NCBI GenBank assembly: GCA_964187785.1
Contig: OZ076409.1
Span: forward strand, 26,476,001 to 26,540,000
Origin: Amphiscolops sp. MND2022
Taxonomy: Eukaryota
DNA length: 64,000 nt
Reading direction: 5' to 3'
Positions 36,728 through 64,000 of the stretch are shown one piece after another. The position numbers were made by a program, and so were the translations under genes. Positions within the stretch are counted from its first letter, which is position 1; each line of letters begins with the position of its first letter. The notes under the pieces are model-generated. The model saw only the letters and a list, made by a program, of their open reading frames with translations, ran no database searches and was not told the origin of the DNA.

Positions 36728-37154
36728 CGGGAAATGGACGATTCAATCCCAAATGCAAATAGCGACAATTGAGTCCCAAAACAAAATGAGTCCCAAATTC
36801 AATTAAATTTAGGGGGTCGACAATTGAGTCCCGCGACAATTGAGTCCCAAATAAATCAAAAATAAAATATTAATATAACGCAGTCAGATATGTTCACATA
36901 CCCTTAGTGCCCTAAATGCAGGAGCGAAGCGAAGCGGAGCGACGTGCCATATGGCAATGTTTAATGTTGCTACTGGCGAAGGGAGCGAAGCGACCGAGCC
37001 ATACAACAAATATGCCACATTTTCAATTGTCGCTTTCTACATTTGGGACTCAATGGTCGGCATTTGGTAAGTTCATCAAAGTAATTTATTTGGGACTCAA
37101 TTGACGCTTTCTGCATTTGGGACTCAATTTGTTTGGGACTCAATCGTTGTCTCA
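36728..37154. mobile_element. Mutator/foldback-like MITE with 9-bp TSD
   Basis: Direct repeat ccttcaaaa at 36719-36727 and 37155-37163. Modular subterminal repeats attgagtccc(aaa) on the left and tttgggactcaat on the right. Nested in a reverse-oriented HINE-like repeat. Confidence 0.75.
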
Positions 37155-37877
37155 CCTTCAAAAGAGCCACTGCTATCATATACGCTTTCTTCGAAAGCAC
37201 CGATTAAAAGCGCAGGAGACCTCGAGTAGTCAAAGAGACATGTTTAACCCTGAATAGCATTGAGGAACGTTTTTGCACCAATTAAGATGTGCAAACTTCT
37301 AAAGGCACCAGCTGACCGTATGGTAAAGAAAACTCTTGAATAAGATTTTCAGACAAAATTACATAGCATTGCACGCATTTTCAACGATTGTTGAATTGAT
37401 GTCTCCAAAATCAGGAAAAAATCAAAAAAATAGCGCAAAATTTCTGTTTTTTTTTCGTTTTCTTGTGTGGCCACTTGATACCACTGGGGACAAGAGTGGG
37501 TTAAAGTGTTCCTAGCATGTTTTGAAACATGTAAAAAGGCAGTCAAAGACACAACGCGTGCAAAGTTTTGGCGCAAAGGCCGGAGCCAGAGCAAAGCCCT
37601 GATTGTCTTCTTTTGAACACTCTATCAAGCGTTTGTCGGACTCGAATAGTTTAGATATTGCGGTTTGAAGCTTAAGCACCAGATTTTTGTTGGATTCGGA
37701 AAATTCTCGTCCATTTAGGGTTAAACTCCCAAAATTTCAGAACTTTTGTCAAATATCGAAGTGCGAATATTTCTCCCAACTCACGGTAAAAAGAAAATGC
37801 GCAAATTCGCGATTATTTTGTTGGTTGCTTCTCAAAGGCATAGTGCATTTTAAACGGACTGCATCTGGGTATTGTTT

Positions 37878-39281
37878 TTAGTCGGCGCTTTTATTAATAA
37901 AAGCGTCCGACTATTCCAGTCACTCGTTTTTTAGTCGGCGCCTTTTCCCTTAAGGAAAAAAGCCCGACTATTACAGTGGGTAGTTTTTTTCTTTTTCAGC
38001 CTACAATCTCACTCTGAATGGTCCACTTTTCTTACAATCTTTGTTCATTTGTTCAACTAATTTTCTGAGAAGCCGGAGATCGTGGGTTCGATTCTCGCAC
38101 TAAACCACAATTTTTTTATGCTTCCAAAAGTAGATGCGAGACCAAAAGTTTTCTTTCGTTTGTTTTTTTCGTTTTTTTTCGGCACTATGCGACTTTTTTT
38201 CGAAAATTTTCGGATTCTATCAAAGGGTAACCCCTTGCATTTTTTTAAGTTTTCGGTTTGTAAAAACCTTTAATGAGCATGAATGGCCTCTTTTTGAGTT
38301 TTTCGGCATTGTGCGACTTTTTAAAAAATACTTTTCTCGAAAAAAAAATCAATGATAAATTGTCTCAAAAAAATAATTTTTCCAAATGCTTCCAATAGTT
38401 GTTCTTTGAATATTTTTGAGCCTTAGATATGGCGCCGACTTGAGACGATCCCGTCTTGTTTTCTTTTTTTAAGACAGACTCGAAGCGACGAAGTTAATTA
38501 ACGTTCAACTAATTACAGCACTACTAAACTACTGGACCGGCGAACGGGGAGCGCATTTAAGATGGTGCAAAGGGTCCCGCCTTTCAGTTACTCCATTTTT
38601 ATCGTAAGATACAAAACCAGGCGAGACTATAGGGTCTCCCCTTGAGTTTTCGGCACTGTGCGACTTTTTTCGAAATTTTTTTTGTCTCCAAAGGGTCCCC
38701 CTTCAAGTTTTTAAATATTTTACAGCAAACTGAAGTTTCAAAAAACCCAAAGGGTCTCCACTTTCGAATTTTTCGGCACTCTGAGACTGGCTCAAAATTC
38801 TTATTTTCGATTTTTCGTTTTTTTCGAAAATTTTTCATTAATGTCCCCCTTCAATTTTTTAAATATTTTGCAACATAATAGATATTTAACAATCCCAAAG
38901 GGTCCCCTCTTTCAGATTATTCGGCACTATGAGACTGTTCAAAATTGTCATTTTTTGTCTGAAATTAGGTTTTCTCAGTATATATCTACCAATAATTTTT
39001 TCCAAAACTATTCGAAACTTGAACGTAATATCCTGAGTAAAGCGCTATATCCGAATTTTTGACGTAATATCCGAATTATATTCCGTTTTACCAAGGAGGA
39101 GGTGGAGGTTCGAAAGGCGCTCCCATTTGGGCCAGCACGCTATATCCGAAGTTTGAGACGTTACACCCCGCAACAAATTGGATTTTCAAAAAACCCAAGG
39201 GGGCCCCCTTTTACAATTTCAAAAAGTTTGAGCTTTTTGAGCCTTAGATATGGCGCCGACTTTAGACGTTCCCGTCTTGTT
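37878..39281 (+). mobile_element. Composite DINE-1/HINE-like element (two 5' heads, two 3' ends at 38460 and 39281)
   Basis: ttagtcggcgc at 37878 and ~37930. 'gagccttagatatggcgccgactt..gacg.tcccgtcttgtt' ends at 38460 and again at 39281. Confidence 0.7.
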
Positions 39282-39284
39282 CGA

Positions 39285-39495
39285 TGTTTCTGTTTGTAAA
39301 AATTGATAGAATTTTTATTGTTGTTTACTTTCAATGGAAAAAGAAAGCCAAGAAATCCAAGTACCAGAATTCAGGAGTGATTTTGCTGCAAAATTATGCC
39401 ATCGACGAAGACTGGGAGTTCTTTCATTTTTTTACAGTCGGGCCTTCAGCTTGGTGTCACTGTGGCTATTAACTTCACTGGATCTAATGGTTCGG
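39285..39495 (+). pseudogene. Orphan inverted copy of one copine exon plus upstream intron
   Basis: KKKAKKSKYQNSGVILLQNYAIDEDWEF...QSGLQLGVTVAINFTGSNG is nearly identical to copine-B exon 59418-59580 on the opposite strand. The preceding intron-like sequence is also similar. There is a 1-nt frameshift, the acceptor is lost, and MIDAS D is changed to N. Confidence 0.9.
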
Positions 39496-39859
39496 GCCCA
39501 GCCCAGCAGTTTAAAAATCAAAATGAAAGCCCTGATTGTCTTCTTTCGAACGCGCTAAAAATCGTTTGTCGGACTTGAAGTTTTGGAGATACTGCGTTCA
39601 AAGTTTAAACACCAGATTTTTGGATGGATCCTGAAAAATCATCCTCCATTCCGGGTTAATTGCTTCTTTTCTGAGTGCTAAACTTTGAACTAAAAATCAT
39701 TTACAAAAACGTCAATACTCGCTTGCTTTCAATCATTATTACCGAACTTCGCGACCGAAAAATACGCTTGACGTTCTAAAATTTTCCAGATTCAAAATAA
39801 TTCGATTTAAGAGAAATAATTCGAATTTGACAGAAATTCGAATCGTACTGAGAATTAAC

Positions 39860-40376
39860 AGCGAAACTTCGGTAAGTCGCATAGTGCCGAAAAAACTAAA
39901 AGTCACCAACTATACTCCTAAAACGCTGTTGTTTCTGCTGGAAATCGAGAAAAGTAGTTCAGGTTTGGAAAAAATCTGAAAACAAGTCGCATAGTGCCGA
40001 AAAAGTTTAAACGGGGGACCTTTTACCCTTTTTGCAAACATAAAAAACTTTTTGGTTCAGTGCGAGATTCGAACCCACGTACCCCTGCTTCTTAGACCGC
40101 GGGAAATCCGCGTTAACCACTAGGCCAAGTGACTGACTGACTTTTGTAGCATTGAAAAGTTCTCTAAGATACGTTATATCCGGCATTCGTTATATCCGGT
40201 TTGCTTTGCATCCGGTATGGGTTGCGTTATTGTCGAAGGGAACTCCGTAGCACTTTTTAAAGCTCAAATGTAGTATGTAGATGGCCAAATTCGAAGAACT
40301 TTAGCTCAGATCAGGTGTATCGAAAAAAAACTGACGAAATGCCATGACTATTGTCGCTCTAAAGAGCGCCGACTAA
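39860..40376 (-). mobile_element. Reverse-oriented HINE-like element carrying a tRNA-like segment (40053-40129)
   Basis: Ends in gcgccgactaa (reverse of the ttagtcggcgc head) and has agtcgcatagtgccgaaaa repeats. The minus strand of 40053-40129 has A-box TGGCCTAGTGG, B-box GGTTCGAATC and a terminal ACCA. Left boundary approximate. Confidence 0.6.
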
Positions 40377-41308
40377 AAAAATGAAATAACTGGAAATAAA
40401 TTCTCAAGTGTTTACGTGGGATCGAATAGGCGACCCTTCCGTGAAAACTTGACGCTGTAACGACTAGACTATTGTTCATTTGGAGCATTCAATTTCAATA
40501 CAAGCAGGGCTTCTCGGAAAACTACTTTGATCTATTCTACCGGATTAAAAACAAGCCGGGAACAGCCCAAGTCGATGGGAAAAAGTTTGGATACTTATCA
40601 ATTAAATTGACGACCTTGTCGATTTTTAGCAGGCGCTAAGAAATTAAGGACGAGGTGTCGAGGTTTTCGTGCCATCAAGTCAGGTGTTCGTGCTCCGCCG
40701 AACTTGAAATTGTTAAAATTCAAACAATTCGGAATTTTTAACGGACTCTTCTATACACCGATAAAGCAATTATTCAACAGCGCGTAACGAATGGAACACA
40801 ATCAAAATATAAATGCAAAGTTTGTCTTCAAAAATATTTTGGAGCAAAAACGGCGTAAAGAATTTTTTTCTATTTTATGCTGGAAATATTTCCTATAAAT
40901 TTTAATAAAATTTTATATTTTAACTTATCGAAATAAAACTTTCAAATAAAAACTATAAAACATCATAAAAATAAACTACAACGCATCATCCACAACAAAA
41001 ACAAATACCAGGATTCCTAGCAGTGGAATAAGTGAATCATATAATCTATCGAAGTAAATCAACTATCTGCAATTCTACAACACTTCTGGATTAATGGAGT
41101 TAAATGCAAAAACTACAATTTATCAAATGGCCATGATTATTTTGACGAATTTAAAAGCAATCAATAGAGCTCGCTCTGAAACTTATTTAGGTTGGATATA
41201 TTGGAATCAGCAAGTGAACGAACCGTGATTAAATAATTAAAAACTTCGAATTGCACATTTCAGTTGTAGTTTTGATGAGTGAAAAAGGAAGATTATTCAA
41301 GCGCATAT

Positions 41309-42445
41309 CTATGTTCGAAAGTGAACAAATTCAGCGCTGTCGTCAATTTCTACTCTGGGAAGCCACTGGATCCTTTGTTCAGCTTTTTCACTTCCGTAGA
41401 TCTTGCGATATATCATGCCCAGATAGCACAGCGAGTCTTGAGTTGCCTGCCAATTTGGAAAACTGGATTTGACTAGAGACAAAGCTTCGGCATTCGTACC
41501 TCGGCTGGAAGATTCTGGTGAAGATTGTGAAAGGTACAATTGTGGATTGAGAAAGACAGGAATCACATACTGATTTGCAGCATCTATAATTCTAACAATC
41601 GCCTCCAGGTGTTCAGTTAATTTACTCATCTTCTCATAAGCATTGTCATCACACAAATAGCCTCTTATTGTCTGCAAGGGCGGTAAAAGAGACCTCAGAC
41701 TAAACACGGGTGATTTAAGTCCTAATCTAGGATGAGTGCCTAGCATAAAACAATTGAACGCTTCAACTGCAGCTTTTATTTTACTGAACAGTTTGTATTT
41801 CAACAGAAAAAGGTTCAACAGAAATCTCATGTCAGTTCTTGGTGATAGTTCGAGTGTAGAAATATCTTCAAACATGTTTTCACTTTTGTAACTCAGAAAA
41901 AACCCACATGGAAATTTGTTATTAATCAACCACCATTTGACAAAATCATAACCTTCTTGCAACCGATCGAGCATGATGTAAATTGATAGGGCAATGAACC
42001 TGGCCCCTAGACTGTCAGATTTAGACAACCACATCAGAACCAGCAGATGCTCAAGACTGAGCTCCAATGCTAATTTGCTGTCACAAGATGTCCCACACTT
42101 GAACAGAATGAGACCCAGTCTACACCGCGTTGCAGAGTAGTTCGTGGTTCGCGGAAGGTCGTTGAATGAACCAGCGCTGGGTTCATACACGTTTCGAGGC
42201 ACTAGTCCGCTTTTGATATTCCTCAGATGGGCAGCTTCTTCTTCATTTACCATTTTCTGAAGCTGAGTGATTTCAGCACACAATGCACGATGTGCACTTC
42301 GATTAAGCTTTTGGCACTGCATGCTGCAGTAAATTACAGATCTACATTGGGAACATCTCATCATCGCTTTCTCAGGACAATTGCCACAAATAAACTCAGT
42401 GCTCAATGGGCTTACTGCAAACTGATTCAAAATACGACCTGGCAT
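41309..42445 (-). CDS. zf-MYND domain protein (~378 aa, single long exon) with a helical C-terminal region
   Basis: CGNC...RCSQCRSVIYCSMQCQKLNRSAHRALC (MYND). This is followed by PRTTNYSATRCRLG...LEHLLVLMWLSKSDSLGAR...LDRLQEGYDFVKWW. First ATG is at 42445; the frame is open from 42505. Confidence 0.85.
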   Translation of the reverse strand: MPGRILNQFAVSPLSTEFICGNCPEKAMMRCSQCRSVIYCSMQCQKLNRSAHRALCAEITQLQKMVNEEEAAHLRNIKSGLVPRNVYEPSAGSFNDLPRTTNYSATRCRLGLILFKCGTSCDSKLALELSLEHLLVLMWLSKSDSLGARFIALSIYIMLDRLQEGYDFVKWWLINNKFPCGFFLSYKSENMFEDISTLELSPRTDMRFLLNLFLLKYKLFSKIKAAVEAFNCFMLGTHPRLGLKSPVFSLRSLLPPLQTIRGYLCDDNAYEKMSKLTEHLEAIVRIIDAANQYVIPVFLNPQLYLSQSSPESSSRGTNAEALSLVKSSFPNWQATQDSLCYLGMIYRKIYGSEKAEQRIQWLPRVEIDDSAEFVHFRT

Positions 42446-43553
42446 TCCCAAGTAATCTAAAATACAAAGTAGGCTTTTGAGCAACAGGAATATCTGAAAT
42501 AACAATACACTCCTGTTACTTCAAGAGCGCGCGATCAATCAAAGTACCACTATACACCGCCTTTGATTCTTCTCGGACTATAAGTATGTTCCTTGAACAA
42601 ACGAAAATACAAAAACTAATCACGTTTCAATTTGAATGCAGGCGAAGCTCTCGGTGTACGAGTATTTGACACTCATTCGTTTCAACTGGCTATTTTCACA
42701 TCTAACACTTTCAAACATAGATAGTTTGAAAAAAAACGAAGTAACGGAAAAATCTCAACTATAAAAACTTCCGTGGCTTTTCATGAAAATAGACCTCTGC
42801 TAGGCTCAGTAAAAGTTCTGCTTTAGGCTACAGTAACAATAAACTTCAACGGGTCAATAATAACCAGGGACGCATGTGTGGTAAAGGAGTCGGCTTAGGT
42901 CTTTCCTTCTGACTCGCTCGAATTCCAGTCTTGCGATTTTGATAATCTTATTTTGGCCATGTTTCTCACATCCCAGTCATACGATTTTGATGCCATTGCG
43001 TACGCAGGAGCACCTCTGGGGTGTAGAATGACTGTGCAAAAATTATGGAAATCGTATAGACAGTTTTTGAGAAATTTGAAATTTTCATTGAAAGGTCGGG
43101 AGAAAAAAACGATTGCATAAGTAGTCGAAAGTTTTCTAAAAATAAATCTGGAAAACTATGAAATCGTTTTAATTTATTGCACAGCGCACAATTATTCACA
43201 GTACCAGAAACAGTACCTCTTACAAGAACTAAGAGTATATAACGTTTCACATTCGTATTTGAATGCAGACGAAGTTCTCGGTAATTAGCACTCGTTCGCT
43301 TCATCTCTATAAAAAGGAACTGCCTCGCTGCTTCAAGATTTTTATAAGCTAGCCAAAGACGTTAAGTAGCGCTGCCTCATTGCTACCAGAACTCGACAGA
43401 AGTCTGGAAAGATTACTTTTACGTCTGTAACATTTCAGCTTACGCTCAATTATTCAGTTTGTTATCAGAAGAAACTGATATCAGCCTCAGTTAAGAAACC
43501 TGTTATCAGCCTCACTGAAGCGACGAATAACCGATGAAGGCATGCCTGAGACT

Positions 43554-43791
43554 CGGAAAACACTTTCCTTCAATTGAAAATAACAACCAATAGTTTGCGG
43601 AAGACAAAATTCGTTTCGAACAATTTGACAATTTCAAAAAAGAGTCATACAGTGCCGAAAACTTTTTTCAAAAAATGCCGGGAATTTTTCGACACTGTAT
43701 GACTTTTTTGGAATTGTCAAATTGTTCGAAACGAATTTTGTCTTCCGCAAACTATGGTTTGTTATTTTCAGTGGAGGGAAAGTGTTCTCCG
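43554..43791. repeat. Imperfect inverted repeat (~105-bp arms, ~25-bp spacer)
   Basis: cggaaaacactttcc...tagtttgcggaagacaaaattcgtttcgaacaatttgacaatt...gtcatacagtg pairs with cactgtatgac...aattgtcaaattgttcgaaacgaattttgtcttccgcaaacta...ggaaagtgttctccg. Confidence 0.9.
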
Positions 43792-45555
43792 GAAAATGTC
43801 CAAAAAAAGTCCAGAAAGTTTTATGCAGTACTTAAAAATGTTTAAGAACTGTTTTTCAAATATTCTCAAAAAGTTTGTGTCAAAAATATTCGAACGGCGG
43901 ATCCTCAAGGCTTGAAAGGCTACTTTCCAGCTGAAAACATCAAAAACCTATTTGGTGGAACGTTTTCGTGGAAACGACAATCTCTTTGTAAACTTAGATT
44001 AAAAACTTCACAAAAAGCGAAGTGTCAAAAACGAAAGGGGACACTTCGGACACGAAAAGGGCTATTTACTATTTGAAACTATCCAAAAAAATCGAAGGGT
44101 ACTCTTCCACAACCACCAAAGAGGAAGTGTCAAAAACAGTGGCGAAAAACCTATACGGAGCTTTTTAGTTTGAATTAAAAAGTAAACATTGAAAAGACAT
44201 TTTGGCTCCCTTTAGATCTTTAGCGTATTGCAGATCTTTTCTGATCAGAGTTGTAGAGTTTTTGGTCACTTCGAAAGGATTGAAAAAATAGGCTTCTGCA
44301 GGGCAGAGTATTATTTCTGCTTTTAGGCTTTCATGTTCAATAATAGAAAATAGAAGCATATCCTAATCATTTATATACCGCACAAATATTCACTCTACCA
44401 GTTTACACCACCTTTAATTCTTCTCGGACTAAACAAAATATAACTACTAAGCGTACACGAAATTTCGCATGCGATTGCAGGCTAAGGTCTCGGCGAACGA
44501 ATAATTAACACCCGTTCGCTTCATCTAATAACTCGGCGTACGAAAGCATAATTACGAACATTCGCTCGCTTCATCTCAATGAATTCGGCGTACGAATGCA
44601 TAATTCACGCTCGCTCGCTTCATCGCACGAGAAACGAATTGTCGTCGACAGCTTCAGAAATTTAAATCTCACGCTTATATTCACTGCCGAACAAAATATC
44701 TGAATTTTTCAGTAAGTACTCGGAATCGCTAACGAAAGTTGACTGAAAAAAAGTTGCATAGTTCAGATTTCAATATTATTCCTGCTATCGCAGAAATTAG
44801 TTTTAAAAAGGTGAAAAGCCACTTCAATACTCGCGTTCTATTTCAAAAAAGCGCTGGCTAAAATGGACAGGATTAATTCAACTTGAATTAATTGAAAAAG
44901 AGCAAAGGTGTCACCTCGTCAAAACATGTTAAATGGGTTCCTAGAAACTATTTGGTAATGCAGTCGAATCTTTTCAATTAGCTTTGATTTGCAAACAATA
45001 AAAATGTGCATATTAAGTTACAAAAAGCAACAGAAGATCATATGGAAGAGTCGTTTTAAATTGTGGAAGATAGAATTTACAATCATTGTACAATCGATAT
45101 TTTCACTCTTTACAAAATGAAACGTTGTATTCACAAAGGCCTCATTTGTAATAAATATAAGTTTTCTATAATTTGATCAACGATGAAACTTATTGACTAC
45201 CATGTGGTCAAATTCTAGTCAAAGTTGTAAAAGAAGTTGAAAACAAGTTTGACGAGCTTATACAAATTTGTTATAACCCGAGTCAACTGAACGGAAACTT
45301 CAAGAGCCCGAAAACTTCAAAACGTTTGATGGAACCTATAAACCATGGAAAACTTTCAACAGATGGGAAATGTATCTTTTGACATCACGGCACCAATTTC
45401 CATCATCTACGAAAATTAATTACTACAGTTAAAAAACAATCTAATATGAATCACCCAGCCCTACTTTATAACAGAAGCGAGCAGGCGTGACAGCCAACAT
45501 GATTCGATACAGCCAAAGTGGTTCACGTCATTGCGACATTGTTCAACTATGAATT

Positions 45556-53158
<7,603 letters not shown>

Positions 53159-54494
53159 TCTATAATCTGAAAACAACACACAAAGCGATTGTGAAATTTT
53201 CCAGAAATCAGAGGGACATTTCTCATCCCTCGTGAAATTCTAGGTGGAATAACGGTTATGCAACTTCGGCAGTCAGTTGACAATTAAATAGCTCTCTGGT
53301 CAGATCGGAAGCTAGTGCAATAGCGAGCCATACTGGCTTAGCAAGCACCATTAATTGAGGGTCGAGGTACTTGGAGGGTTACGATTGTTTGCCAGTAGGC
53401 GGGGGGGGGGTGTATTAGAAAAAAACCAAATCTCCGGCTCCTTAATACTACCCTGAGATTCAAATAAAATTTCTTTATTTAAATTTCGAGAATTCAAAAC
53501 TTTTTTTAAAAACCTTTTTACATGTATGTACTGTATGGTTGAAATTGTTTTCCGACAAAATATACGAACGGATCGAAGGGTTTCTACTTAGTGGAAGGGT
53601 GACGCAGCCGCAATTAAAGCGGAGATAAAGTTGGGCTTAGAAAGTTGATTCTCACCGTTTTCGTTGTTACAGCGTCGAAATCAATATCTGGTCTCACAAT
53701 GTCGAAAAATGAATGTTCTCTAGCATTTACAATTAGTAAGCCCGGAATGGCTCAGCAAAATTCATACCAAAGACATAAATTAGCAAAAACAATCAATTGT
53801 ATGCCACAAATCATTTCTTCTTCTAGGTCGCTTAGTATCAGCCGCTGGTCAAGTAAGGACACGTCTTCTGTACGAAGGTCACTTTAGGCGTGTCTCCGTA
53901 GCTGATCAGTATTACGTTATTCTCATTTCAGCCAAATTTCATAACGCGTTAAATGTTGATATTTCTAGCCAATTCAATTGCCTTTCGACCTTGTGGGGCC
54001 AAATACTTGATTTCGACGACGCGGCAATATAAGCATATCGTGACAAAAATATCCGATTGCAATTGATATCAACTTGAAGTTCGAACTTAGACAATTTGCG
54101 ACTGTCTCAAGTCGAAATCAAAATTGACGCACTCTAGTCATAAAACTTGGCAACTTGGAGCCACGATGCTTCATTTTGATTACACCCATTAGGCACATCA
54201 CAGTACTTGAAGAAAACTTCTTTTCATAACATCATTTTCATTTTCACACAAAAAATTCATCAATAACAAATTTAGAGCAAATTTTCAGTAATCGTTCGAT
54301 AGAAAAATGAAAATTATCATCGGGACAATTTAAAAGACTGCCGCTTCTGAAAATTGATAACTTATTATGATCTAGAAATTACAAATTTACACACTATCAA
54401 CATGCGTCTTGCACTATACAATGACAGCTGGACGATAACAGAGGTACTGTAGGTTCCAAAAGGTTGCTGCTTTTGTGCTCTCAGGCAAGACAAT

Positions 54495-63266
<8,772 letters not shown>

Positions 63267-64000
63267 CTAGAACATCGAGATGAGTAACAGAAAATGAAAA
63301 TAGAAAAGTCCCCAACTCCACATGAAAAACACTAATATTGAAATACTGTATGTCGTGAGAAATTTGAAGTATCAGCAACAGTTTCCACGCATTGCAAAAC
63401 TGCACACCAGAGCAAAGAACTTAGAGCTGTGTTATGGACTCTATAAAACGAGCTGATCAATTAAAAATTGGTTTCTTCAAGTGTAATTTGTTTGAAATCG
63501 ATCAATGCATCACTCAGTACTGGTATCACATGGTTTCAGATTTGCCAAGCAGCACTGCTAAAGATGAAAAGGTACGACCCCTTTTTCACTATTAACTTTG
63601 AAAACTGCTGTGAGATGTTCGAAGCATGAGCAACGGTTTCTATGATACACGGCATACGAATACACGAAATTTCTGGAGAATATCATCGTGTGTGGAACCT
63701 CGGGACGGCTTTCTTAGCGCCAAATTCGAAAGTTGGTAAGTTTCCAGGGTTCTAAAATGGCTTTAAAAGTATACCATGATTATATTTTAATACAGTCATT
63801 GTCAACAATTCAAAAATTTGGAAATGCATCACTTTGATTACAAAAGTTTCCAGAAAAAAAACGCGGAAAAGGCAATTTTATGAAAAGAATTTAGAAATAG
63901 CGACAGCTTATCAGAGGGCCTTATTTCCTCCACGATACATAATGAGTACACCATTCTTTTTGGAACAGTTATACGATACACGTAAGTTTGCGATACATGA

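Noticed and set aside
35163..39299. Many short F/K-rich ORFs ending in ...LSLRYGADFRRSRLV
   Set aside because: Translations of the HINE-like 3' terminus, not genes.
40053..40129. Functional tRNA gene
   Set aside because: A and B boxes are present but the acceptor and anticodon stems do not pair properly, CCA is genomically encoded, and it lies inside a repeat.

Overview
AT-rich, intron-containing eukaryotic genomic DNA, most likely from an invertebrate animal. It is not prokaryotic, and no CRISPR array, rRNA or convincing tRNA gene is present. Layout: (1) 1-~12074 is a ~1.23-kb tandem macrosatellite. Each unit is a decayed, apparently spliced gene fragment ending in a BEN-domain-like sequence, and the later units form a 2467-bp higher-order dimer. 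(2) ~12600-17210, same strand, holds a decayed CMC/EnSpm(CACTA)-type transposase duplicated as a 1863-bp tandem pair, followed by an intron-containing SGNH-hydrolase remnant. Together with the BEN array this may be one multi-gene DNA transposon whose parts were amplified separately. (3) 17783-29000 is a TE graveyard: an internally deleted Ty3/Gypsy element, a TA-target MITE, a BEL/Pao remnant and a LINE RT fragment. (4) 30474-34784 is a three-exon SMC4 hinge pseudogene fragment with a 108-bp minisatellite in one intron. (5) DINE-1/HINE (Helentron)-like non-autonomous repeats and 8/9-bp-TSD MITEs are scattered throughout; one HINE 3' end is followed by an inverted orphan copine exon. (6) 41309-42445 is an intronless zf-MYND gene. 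(7) Two tandem minus-strand copine paralogues follow: one complete (14 coding exons, 557 aa by my exon sum) and one whose 5' end lies beyond the window, with two long hairpins in an intron. All family assignments come from motif recognition by eye; no database searches were run.
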